NCBI GenBank assembly: GCA_002189035.1
Contig: NEEC01000016.1
Coordinates: forward strand, 806,001 to 870,000
Length of the DNA: 64,000 bases
Source of the DNA: Utricularia gibba
Taxonomy: Eukaryota; Plantae; Magnoliophyta
Reading direction: 5' to 3'
Shown piece after piece: positions 1-11,002 of the stretch. The stretch's first letter is position 1; every line of letters starts with the position of its first letter. Below the pieces are notes generated by a model. The model had not been told where the DNA came from, made no database searches, and saw only the letters and a list, made by a program, of their open reading frames with translations. The position numbers were made by a program, and so were the translations under genes.

Positions 1-1054
1 CCTCTTCCCATCCTTGTTTATTTGTTTCCAAACGTGTCAGCGTTTGAAGCACATCTTTGAGTTCTATGGCAAGAGCCTTTTGATCTTCTTGTGATTGGAA
101 GTGCAATGTTCTCAGATTCTCAAGAGTGCATTCCATCTGAGCACGCCGCAAGTGTTCATCTTTTATGTATTTTTGAAGAGTTTCCAACTCCTCCTGCTTA
201 TCAAAGAGTTGTTGATCTTTCACAGCTATCTTCCGTGCCAGATAATCTGCCTCATTCTTCAGGGATTGCTTTGATATCTTCAACAGGTTATACTTATCTT
301 CAGCATTCTTTAACTTTAAATTTCCAATCAAAACATCATTATTAAGCCGCTTTACTTCCTCTTCAGCACCATATAATTCTTGCTCGAGCCGAATTGCAGA
401 GTCTTCATTCTTCTTGTTCACATCAGAACAAGAATTCTCTTTTCCGACTCCCATCTCAGCAGGAGCCTCTTGAAAGCTCTCAACTTCACTCCCAGCTTTT
501 CTGTCTAGTTCACTCTCAACAATAGTATTCTTCTTATTCTCATTATTTTCACTGGATAGGAGGGTCACATGATTAACAAAATTTCTTCCTTCAACAGATG
601 ATGAAGGATCCTGCCCCAAAACCAAGGGTATTGAAGATGATTCTTCAGCCATTGGAGGGAATGCCTTCGCAAGAGCATAATGTGCATGACGAATTTCTCC
701 TATGGCATGGTTATACCTTTCAGCTAAAGCCCGATAAGCCCTATAAAACTCCTCAACATGTTTCATTAGCTCAGGGCGTTTCTCGTAGTACATTTCAGCT
801 TTTTTTGCAAACGAATCTGCATCTTCTTCAATCAATTTAATCATGGATCCCACTTTAGCATCCATATCTAATGCAGAGGCAACACAGAACATTATTACTA
901 CATCCAAAACATGGAAAATAAAGCAGAAAGTTACTCCCAACACCTCCATCCCACCTGTTAGATTTTCTTGGAGCCATTTTGAGTTCTTTGGAGTATTGTG
1001 GCTATTCCACCACCAAGAATACATGCTCCTTGTTTCAGAAGACAATGTTTCCAT
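1..1054 (-). CDS. NET1: NETWORKED1-like (KIP1/NAB domain) actin-binding coiled-coil protein, 5' part only; runs off the window start
   Basis: Hand translation. Exon 1054-955 [33 protein letters not shown]; GT-AG intron 954-868; exon 867-1 [55 protein letters not shown], open to base 1 with coiled-coil ([13 protein letters not shown]). This is the diagnostic NAB domain. It is absent from the ORF track because no stop lies in the window. Probable 5'UTR exons at about 1550-1470 and 1405-1340. Confidence 0.9.
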   Translation of the reverse strand, partial: METLSSETRSMYSWWWNSHNTPKNSKWLQENLTGGMEVLGVTFCFIFHVLDVVIMFCVASALDMDAKVGSMIKLIEEDADSFAKKAEMYYEKRPELMKHVEEFYRAYRALAERYNHAIGEIRHAHYALAKAFPPMAEESSSIPLVLGQDPSSSVEGRNFVNHVTLLSSENNENKKNTIVESELDRKAGSEVESFQEAPAEMGVGKENSCSDVNKKNEDSAIRLEQELYGAEEEVKRLNNDVLIGNLKLKNAEDKYNLLKISKQSLKNEADYLARKIAVKDQQLFDKQEELETLQKYIKDEHLRRAQMECTLENLRTLHFQSQEDQKALAIELKDVLQTLTRLETNKQGWEE

Positions 1055-2149
1055 ATTCCCTCAGCAAATTGAAGTCGAAAACACGGCCTTACTCAGTCAA
1101 GGATATGATCATGAAACAGACCTTCCTCCGCAAAAAGGTGGTCCACCTGATGAATCAGGCAACAAAATGCTCAAGAACAACACCAAGTAGGAGCACTTTC
1201 CAATGCAACCCAATAACAGAAACCAATATACAGAAATCTCGCACAAAAATCTAACAGAAAACCAAGCCTCTTTCACTACATACACTTGACTGGTTTTCAC
1301 CTTCCACTACCAACAAAAACTAATACATCCATTCAGGAAAGTGAATAAACTCGTCTCCATAACAAAATGGATGAGCTCCATCAACGAAACTAGTAATGAC
1401 CTGAAATGATTCCAAAATTTCAATCAAATCCATTGAAGAGTGAAGCAAACGTTCATGCAAATGCACCTCTAACAAAGAAAAGCGTTGATGTAGCAGCGCT
1501 GCAACAATCCGACGGCGAGGGTCACATCGTTCTCTCCGGCCGGATCTCCATTCTCTTCAATGCGAGTATAGTGTATTCATTAGACGTCCCTCAAGCATCA
1601 TCTTTTCATACAGTATGGTGTTGCCGTGTTGAATTGATTTGGCAGTTGGGATGGGACTCATTTCTATTTTCTTTTATATCATTTACCAAAAATAATTTAA
1701 ATTTCATCGAAATTTCAAGAATTTTCAGTTTATAATATTTGTAAATTTTCATCGAAATATTATTTTTTGTTTCCAATTTAAAATTCAAAATTATTCCGAA
1801 TTTCCTAAGTACAGGGTATATTAAAAAAAAATTAGTCATGTATTTCGGAATAATATTTTTAAAACACCAATTATCAAGCATTTATTGCACGGAATAAAGA
1901 CAGAACAAACCATCAATAGTTGTGTCGGTTCCCACTTGCTATTTGAGGAAAGGGAAATTAATCAATACTCTATGGATAAATTGGGTATTTTTAGTAAAAT
2001 ACATTGTATTGATTTTCTCTCTTAGTCGAATTTCTATAAAAAAAAAGTGTATTTTTAATAGTCCCATGTGCACCCTATTTATTTATTATTTATGGTTTGA
2101 ATTAAATTCCGACAGCATTTAAATATTTTATTAAAGCAAGGGTGATGTA

Positions 2150-2420
2150 AATAGCCTGGTTTGGTCGTTGGCATGGGAATGGTCCATGTCTACTGTGAAT
2201 GCACTGCCTTGCCCATTTATGTAACATGTCTCCTCTCTCGTTGGGAAGACGGGGGTGTTGGTGGGACCCACAATGGCGGGCTTGGATTGGATGGGTTGGG
2301 CTGGGCTGGCCTCCGAGATGGATTGGGCCGGATCCGTTGGACTCCTTGGACGAGCGTATTAGATGGGGTGGCTTGGCCTCTTTAGACTGGTCCAGTTGGA
2401 CGGATTGGGCTAGCCCATGA
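2150..2420. repeat. GC-rich island of degenerate GGGCT/TGGAT pentamers with a palindromic TCP-like site, upstream of NET1
   Basis: GGGCTTGGATTGGATGGGTTGGGCTGGGCTGG and GTGGGACCCAC (2261-2271) embedded in AT-rich DNA. Confidence 0.35.
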
Positions 2421-2840
2421 AAACGGGTAGGTTAAACTATTCAACTTGATCCATCATGCGTATGATCTATTATAGGTAATCGTAAAAAATGGGTACAAGA
2501 TGTGTTCATAATATACGAGTAGGGACAGACTTAAGTTTAGGCGAATTGAATTTGAAATGTAATTCAATAAGAAAAAAATATATTTTTATCAAATGAGTTG
2601 AACAATCGAATCAATTGGGCTCAATAATTTTGAATTAATATCAATTCGTGTTAGTATATACAAATTATGTAATAATTGGATCATATTGACCCGGGAATGA
2701 GTCTAATATATCGATCTATTGATCAGTTAAATCACAATTTTTTAAAGTGACTCGATAGGTTTGATATGTTATTCATCGAATTCAATCCATGTCCAACTTT
2801 ACCTTGACGAGTAGAAAAGATCGACAAATTAGGTTATTTC

Positions 2841-2983
2841 GTACACGTGAAGTTAAGGTACATAAGAAATATGGATCATAATAAAAAAAATTAGATACAA
2901 TTAATTACTAGTGATTAATAATTTCTTATATACTTGATTATTTCATTTTCATTTTTCGATGTGAAATTATGTATTCTAACAAT
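2841..2983 (+). mobile_element. Partial, diverged copy of the MITE-like family at 41378-41741
   Basis: GTACACGTGAAG..GTACATAAGAAA and TATTTCATTTTCATTTTTCGATGTGAAATTATGTATTCTAACA align by eye with 35062-35223 and with the reverse complement of 41566-41741. Confidence 0.6.
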
Positions 2984-3086
2984 TTTCATTCATTTTTCAT
3001 CGTGTTTTTCGAACGGATGGAAACGATATATATATATAAGAGAAAAAGTGATGAAATTTGGGTGAAAAATTCAATCTTGGGATGTC

Positions 3087-4445
3087 CTACGCCGGGTAAG
3101 GAAGTGTAGCTATGTAGTTGTTTGCAACTGTCCCGATCCACAGCTTCCCATCAGACTCTTTTACTTCACTCACCAGCTTCATCACTTCCCCTTCCTTGTC
3201 TTCCAGAGCATCCACGATCTTCCCCTCTTCATTGAACAGAACCACCATGGTGTGCATCCTCATTCCGGCCATTCTCGCCAAGTACCGCATCGGAATCGGA
3301 AGCCGGAAGTACAGGTTCCTGATCCATGGGTTGTTAACGAAGACCTCCTGTACAGCCGTCCGGCAGCAGTCTACTGCTACCCAAAACTCCCCTTTTTCAT
3401 TCATTCTGATGTTATCTGGGAATCCGGGTAGGTTCAGAACTAGCTCCAATTTGCCCACTTTCGGGCCTGCCAAGAAGTACCTCATCACCCTGCAGTTGGT
3501 CGTCTCTGTCAGGAGAATGGAAGAATGGTCCTTGGAGAGCTGAACTCCATTGGGAAACGACAGTCCTTCCAGCACAACATGTGTCGTTTTTGTGGGGATG
3601 TCGTATCTGAGTAGCCTCCCTGTTGCCTCTCCTTCCAACAATATGAAGAAATGGCTCCTGCATCAGGAAAGAAAAGCATGATGAAAATCTACGTTTTTTT
3701 CTGTTAGCTGAGAATCTGCCATGAACGTCCGTACACTCTGTTGTATCTGCTGCTTGTATCAGTGAAGAAGATTGACCCATTGCTATGGATATCCAGATCG
3801 TTCGCGAACAGGATCGGCTTCCCGCCGGCGTGGGTTGCCAGGGGAGTGGCGACCCCTCCACGGGGACCTACTACTAACAGCCCATGGTAAGCATCTGCGA
3901 CGTACAAGTTCCCTGTCCTCCTGTCGAACCGGAGGCCGAGCGGCCGGCCGCATCTGGCCTCCGACTTCCATTGCTTGTACGTCGTCGAGTCCACGCCTCT
4001 GGAGCATGCTTTCTCCGACCTGTCTTATAACAGCAACCAACTAATTCATGCAAGTTCGCCGGAAACTACCGTGAAATGGATGCTCTGCTTACCAGTTGGG
4101 CGTGACAACGGCGAAGGTCTCCCACCCCAGCTGCTGGCCCATCCACCGCGCGATGCGGCCGTCGGCGAAGCCAGCGTAAGGGCCACGGCCGCGGTCGTCG
4201 AACTCCAAGGACTCCGGGCCGAAGACTTGGTTCTCGAACTCCAAACTCCCGCGTCCCAGCCGGCTAGCCTTGTCCCACGGCCAACTACCCATGACTTCCG
4301 AGTAGGATGCGACGTCGTTCTTCACCGGCCGGAAGTCATGGCCTCCGACAGGGCTGAGTTCCAAAGGATCCATCACTATGAAACCCAGTATCAAGACGAT
4401 GACGGAGAGACATGGGGAGCTCAGTTGCAGAGTCCTCTTCTCCAT
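3087..4445 (-). CDS. LAP3: Strictosidine synthase-like protein 13 / LESS ADHESIVE POLLEN 3 type
   Basis: Three exons 4445-4093, 4019-3735, 3657-3087 with GT-AG introns. Motifs FGPESLEFD, CGRPLGLRF, FANDLDIH, FPNGVQLS, LPGFPDNIR, LVSEVKE closely match LAP3/SSL13. Confidence 0.92.
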
Positions 4446-5117
4446 CTTCGTCTGCGCAGGTTCTAGAAACTGGATCACTTCATCTCCTAGTTATAGTGAT
4501 CACAGCCTGGAGGCGCTGCGAAATCGATGGCCGATCATGCTTTTTGCAGGAGTCAGTTCGCTGCCTTCTTGGTGCTCCAACATGAACCTCAACGCACAAC
4601 TAAACCCAACCCAACTCGTGCATCTGGATTTAGGGATTTAATTTATTTAGGGTTTTCTATGATTTTTAATTAATAAATAAAAATTTGAAATTAAATACAG
4701 TCAGTAAGGGATTAGTTCAGGTTTAAATAAATCCATCTACATAAATGAAATGAAATAAAATAACTTTAATATGAATATTTAAATAATTTAAAAATGAGGA
4801 ATTTACTTCGTTTCTATACAGTTTTTGAATTGATTAAAATTTAAAAATAAATTAAAATTTTATCATAATTATTATTTTTTATTCAATAATATGTACTATA
4901 TTAATTTCAGTGGTAATTTTAATTTGGAATAAATAGGCGGTTTTTTTTTCTCTTGTTATTTCGTAAATTTGGAGTAAAATCAGGCCCTAAACACTGCGAC
5001 GTCGTTTTGGGTTCCAGGGGTATACTTTTAAAGATCGAAACTTTGGAGGTGAAACGTATCGATTCTCGTTGTGGCCGCTTCGGCCGTTCAAACGCTGATA
5101 CTTTCGGCGGCCGAGCC

Positions 5118-8100
5118 ATGGAGTCCGATTCCGATGATGACTCTTTCGTAGAAGACATGGAAGCACTTAAAAGGGCTTGCTACCTGGTACGTACTGACGC
5201 TGCTGCGGACTCTATTCAGCCGCCTTCCGGCGACGGCGTTGTTTCTGCTGTGAATGCCGCCGAGAAGGTGGAAGAGGATGAATCCAACGGAGAAGAAGAT
5301 CACGACACCCAGTTGCTGCAGAGCATTCAGGATAGATTTTTCTTCTCAGTGGGTTTAATGGAACCTTTGAGGAGGAGGAGGATGGCTTCCTCCACTCTAG
5401 ACTCCGATTACTCCGATTCTGACGATGATTACGAGACCCTCAGGGCTATTCACCGCCGTTTCGCCGCTTATGATGACGGTATATGCTGCCCATGTTCCTC
5501 AAAATTTCCAGCGTTTACTGTTGCTTAGTATTATATGATATTCTGGAGCCGTATCGACTTTATCTAGTATTGCTTCTTTGTGTTAAATTAGTAGTTATGA
5601 TTTTTTCTGGTTTTGGAATTTACCTGATTGTAACATGTATCTTTTTTTCCCCACATAAATGGATCCAGGAGGCTTGAAAAACATCACATCTGATGTTTTG
5701 CAAGGACCCGAGCAGGTTGGTGCCCCTATTCTAGATTCCATAAAGGAAACTTCCAATAGCTCTGTCGAGAGATCTAATGCTCGAGAAGGGTTTGTAAATT
5801 GTGTAGATATCTGTAAACCCATCTCTCAGAAAGAGGCATATGATGGTGCCAATGGAAGTCAGTCATCTGATTTAGTTGAACGGGATCGGCATGCTGATGA
5901 TCTTGCACTGATACCATCTGAACATTCCCACTTTCCAGATTCAGCCCTGACATTTTTTGATGCCATCAAAAAAAATAGATCATACCAGAAACTAATAAGA
6001 GGTAAGATGATACAAATGGAATCCAGGATTGAGGAACTTAGGAAGCTGACTGAGAGGGTCAAAGTTCTGAAGGACTTTCAGCTTGCTTGCAAGAAGAGAA
6101 CAGGACGAGCATTGTCACAGAAAAAAGATGACCGAATTCAGTTGATATCCAAACGTAAAGCGATGGAAAATTTAAAGGTCTGCATTTTGCATAAGCTATA
6201 CACTCTACATTGAAATGTCCGCTGTTTTTTCGGTGGTCTTTCTAGTTGTATCTCTTCATTATTTTTTTCCTTTTCATCTGGGAGTGAGCATGGGCACTTA
6301 AAGCTTTATACTCTAGAATTTTGAAACTAGGACTTTTTATGTGTTTTTGTACCTTACTTGGTCTGCTATCTGGTGATCTCTACCATAAAGAAAACGTGTT
6401 TATCATGATCGAGTTAACATTCAAATAAATCTACGTTCATTCTTAATGAATTTCATGTCTGTTGGTTTATCTCCTGCAGGCCGATGATAAGAAATTATCT
6501 GTCATGTGTAAGGGACCTCCAGAGAACCCACATGTTGCTAATTATAGGCAGGCACTGATGGCATTTGGCATCCCTCTCTGTCGAAAGAGTTGGTCAGAAA
6601 AAGAGAGGGAGAATCTTGTGAAAGGTGTGAAACAACAGTTCCAGGAGTTGTTGCTTTGTCGGTCTGTTGATTTAATCAGGTATGCTTTCTCTTTAAGGAG
6701 ATTGTTGAATATTATATCTGGATGTAGAGAGCTTTTTTTTTTTAAAATTTTTCTCATATCCATTTGGCATATCCATTGTGTGCACATATATGGGTATTTG
6801 AAATAAGATGCCTAAAAGCATTGTGAGCATTTACGTTTTTTTCATCAATATCCAGTAATTTTTGTTCAGCACATTCTAGTATTCATTCGTACTTACTGAG
6901 CATTTTAATAGTACGTATTGAAATATTCATTTTGAAAGAATAAAAGGTTAATGCTACCCACATATTTTAACCCCTCAATCTTTCTCTCTATTTTTTCTCT
7001 ATATTTGCAGTGAAGAAGATGGGTCTGCTAATCCTACTGATCTTGACAGTGTACTATTGTCTATTAAACATGTGGAAATCACCCCCGAAAGAATAAGATC
7101 CTTTTTGCCCAAGGTTAAATGGGAGCAGCTGGCTGCTATGTATCTTCCTGGTCGTACAGGAGATGAATGCCAAACAAGGTAAGCATTCATATGCGTAATT
7201 TCATAGGCTGATGTTATCAAAGGAAAAATTACTGTGTAAGAGTGACATTCTGAGATAAATTCATAAAATGGTAAATATGCTTTTCCGGTAACATATGCTG
7301 GCGATGGCACTTGCATTATCCTTGATTTTTGAGTCGTTTTCCATTATGCATTCAGGTTCCTACTATAATCTTCTGAATTGAGAGGTGCAATTACAAGATC
7401 CGTTGGCACTGTTACGTGGATATTCTCAAAATTCAAATAAGTGATTTCTTGCATGACACTAATTGAAATGGCATTTTTTGAGGTTTTAAACTCTCGGAGG
7501 GTATACCATTTTCGTGGTGCAGTAGCACTTTTTTTGGATTTCTCTCAATGTGGATGGTCTGTGGAGTACAGTTTCAAATGTTTGTATACAAAAGCAGGAG
7601 TATAACATATTGCTACTTAGATTACTTCTAACCTATTTGATCTGTGATTGGTAAACCAGTGCACTTGATTTTCTCTTCTTTTTGTAGGTTCTTAAACTTT
7701 GAAGACCCCTTAATCAATCATGGCCCATGGAATTCAGAAGAGGATAAAAATCTTCTGCACATTATACAGCAGAGAGGGTTAAGTAACTGGATTGAAATCG
7801 CTGCTTCTCTAGGAACAAGTAGAACTCCTTTTCAATGCTTAGCACGCTATCAAAGGAGCCTTAATGCATCAATAATCAAGAGTGAATGGACCAAGGAGGA
7901 GGATAGACAACTTCGGGAAGCTGTAAAGAAATTTGGCACAAGTGACTGGCAACTTGTTGCCTCTGTGATAGAGGGGAGAACAGGCACCCAGTGCTCCACT
8001 AGGTCAGCCAATTAATCCATCTTTTATGGTCTGCATCTTTTGGGGGATGGGGTTAGATTGCTGATTTCATCAATCTAAGTATAGAGGATCTAGTAGCAGC

Positions 8101-10063
8101 TTTCATAAAAATTTACTCACGCGGTTATCAAACTATTCAAAAAGATTAAATTATTAAAACTAAAGTACAAGGTTTATATGATGAGCCATAGCAAGATTCA
8201 AAAAGGTGTGCCGTTTTTTTTATTTTTTATTTGGTGACGAATGCTAGTGATGAAAACCCAGATGGTTGAAAACTCTTCATCCAGCCAAGGAAAGGCAAGG
8301 AAGATGGTCTGAAGAGGAAAAGAAACGATTGGAAGTTGCAGTAATGTTATTTGGACCTCAAGCATGGAACAAAATCGCTAGCTGTGTGCCTGGTCGAACG
8401 GGTGTGCAATGCAGGGAAAGGTAATTTCTATTTTTCACTATTTTCTTGTGTTCTTAAAAATCTGACTTGATAAGAATACTATTGACTGGGCGGTGTCAGA
8501 TGGTCCAACTGCTCAAACCCCTCTCTCACTGTAGCTCCATGGAGTGATGAAGAAGATCGAAAATTGGAAGCAGCAATATCGAAACATGGATACTGCTGGG
8601 CAAAGGTTGCTCTGTGTATTCCTCCTCGCACGCGCAGTCAATGTTTGAGGTTAATAAAACCCAATGTGGAAACCTTTATCACTTTTGGTTGTTTTTCACT
8701 ACCCTTTCACTTAGATGTTATCATAAATCTGTTTCCAAAATTTTAGGAGATGGAAGGTCTTGTATCCTGATGATGCACGAAGGCGTCAAGAGGCGAGGAA
8801 GATGCAGAAAGTTGCACTTATATCAAATTTCGTTGACAGGGAGAAGGAAAAGCCTAATCTGAGACCTACTGACTTTATAATGCCAGTAACACTTGCTATA
8901 GGATCCAGTTGCAGTGAACCTTCACAGCAAAAAAAGAGAAAATCAAGGTAATTTGGGAGTTCTCAATGTCTTATGGATCATTCATTTCAATACATATGAC
9001 CATTGTGCTTGGGCTTGTGCAGGTCAAAGAAAGCCAATAATGATGCTGAGAAAGGACATCTATCTCGGTAAGCCAACTGCTGTGGAGGTATTGTTTAGTG
9101 CAACTGCGTGTAGCGGTTACTTATCCTTCTTGTTGCAACGGCAGTGAGAATGGCTGCAACGAAGTTCCAATGCTAACGGATAGAATTGAGATTGAAAACT
9201 CAGCATCTGCTACTGAACCCCCAGCTAGAAGTGGAAAACGCACTGCGTCAAAGAAGCAAAAGGTAGATCCTTCATGCACTCACCTGCAGCCTGGTCCAAA
9301 TATGTCAGTTCTAGAGATGCCAAATGCCGAAAGAATGAATTCTTTTGCTGGCGAATCTAATGGCACACCATCCCGGAATAGATCAGAATGTGCAGGCGAA
9401 TCTAGAGGTTTACCATCACGGAGGAGCTCAGAATCTGCAAACACCAACCCTTTATGTGATGCAAGAGAAAGAATTATTGAATCAAATACTTGTGCATCTG
9501 AGGCGATTGCACAACAGGAACCAGAGAGAGAAGATGATGGAGAAGTTAGGCCATCATCTTGTGCCAACACTTCCTTGCTCAACTATCAGATAGTGGAACA
9601 GTCAACTACTGGAGCTAAAGCTCAAGGAAAGTTCATTACCGTCGACCGAGAAACCTGCTCAGGTGGTGCTACAACTCCATCTGCGGATCTTGATTGTTCT
9701 ACTCCCACTTCAGCTCCTACAGATATCTCGATCAAGGATGGTGATGACAGGGGGAGATCCCTTTCTAGTAAGCTCAGTCTTGCTCCTTATCACCCCTCAG
9801 AAGAGTCCACATTGACGGTTTCCAACGACTCCGCCGCGTTCGCCGGTTGGCAATCCGACAGCGGAACACTCCCACAGCTGCAAAATGGTGAAACACATCC
9901 ACCTCGCAGAAAGGTTGGTTCAAAAACGAAGAAGAAAAGCGGCATCCGCCCGCATCCAGGCTCGAGCAGCTGTGATCACCATAAGAAGGCGCAGCAAACA
10001 GAAGATGAAGTCGGAGATGATACTCTTCTCTCCGAGTTCTACAGCAGGATCAAGAGGAAGTAA
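5118..10063 (+). CDS. MYB4R1: Four-repeat MYB protein, snRNA-activating protein complex subunit 4 (SNAPc4/SNAP190) homologue
   Basis: Starts MESDSDDDSFVEDMEALKRAC. Multiple MYB repeats (WSEKERENLVKG, WNSEEDKNLLHII..WIEIAASLGTSRTPFQCL, WTKEEDRQLREAV..GRTGTQC, WSEEEKKRL, WSDEEDRKLEAAI) over about 10 exons. Long low-complexity last exon ending at TAA 10063. Confidence 0.88.
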
Positions 10064-10832
10064 AAGAGCGTCTTGTGTTCCTTTCTACTGGGCTGTGGTG
10101 CATACGCTTTCGGGTGTTAATTTGATTTTTGAGAAATTTTGATTTTACAATAAATGTGCTTTTTCTGGTTTAATGAGACCAGGTCAACACCAACTTCAAA
10201 ATCATATGATGTTATGAGTATAAATCATGACTATTTGAAATATATTAAACATAATGATCCTTTTTTATATGATATTATATATTTTATATATTCAATTTTT
10301 ATGATTTTATATATTTTTTTAGATAAAAAACTTATTTTTATATTTAAGTATGTTTTTATTTCATCTGTAATCAATATAGTATATTATCATAAAATTTTGA
10401 TTTTATATTTTATTTTTAGATACTTAAGATCTATTTATTTTAACTTCTGCTTTAAATTAAATGTTTTTGAAGTGATTTTTATTAAAAACATAAACAATTT
10501 TTGATTTTTTTGAAAAATAAATATTGAAGTGCTTTAATTTTTTTTTAAGCATATTCATATCCGCTTCTATAACTTTTGAATCAATTTTTTTAAAATGCTT
10601 TTAATGAAATGGAAATAAACAGAGCCTTAATATACCCGTTGAATATCTCATTATCACATTATTAACATGAGATCAGGTTTGATTATGATATTACATTATA
10701 AGAATGTGATAATTTTTTTAAAAATAAAATAAAAGATGTAATACAAAAATGAAATTTCATTTGATTTAATATTTTTTGAAATAAATATTTAAAAAAAACA
10801 TGGTGTGATCGGAAAGCATTGGTGAAAACGGT

Positions 10833-10841
10833 TTAGGGTTT
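10833..10841. promoter_or_regulatory. Telo-box (AAACCCTAA on minus strand) upstream of TMK4
   Basis: TTAGGGTTT about 160 bp upstream of the ATG. Confidence 0.4.
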
Positions 10842-11002
10842 TTTGGGTTTATTTGGTTTTGTGCGTGTTGTTTTCTAATGACAACTCAGAAACAGAACGG
10901 ATGCGGATATTTAATTTACATTCTTTTTCAAATGCGATACGCTACAGCTTCTTCCTCCATCACATGCCCTTTTTCTCCCTCGCTCCATCTCCTCCGCCAT
11001 TC

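Noticed and set aside
91-1254. Plus-strand ORFs resembling a degenerate retroelement
   Set aside because: They are antisense shadows of the intact NET1 frame on the minus strand.
3118-4466. Long plus-strand ORFs (141 and 163 aa) opposite LAP3
   Set aside because: Antisense to GC-rich coding exons; no recognisable motifs.
10154-10504. 116-aa hydrophobic ORF
   Set aside because: AT-rich intergenic sequence with Phe/Ile/Tyr bias from composition; no family resemblance.
10617-10629. Tourist-like terminus AAACAGAGCC|TTA
   Set aside because: No matching left TIR found upstream.
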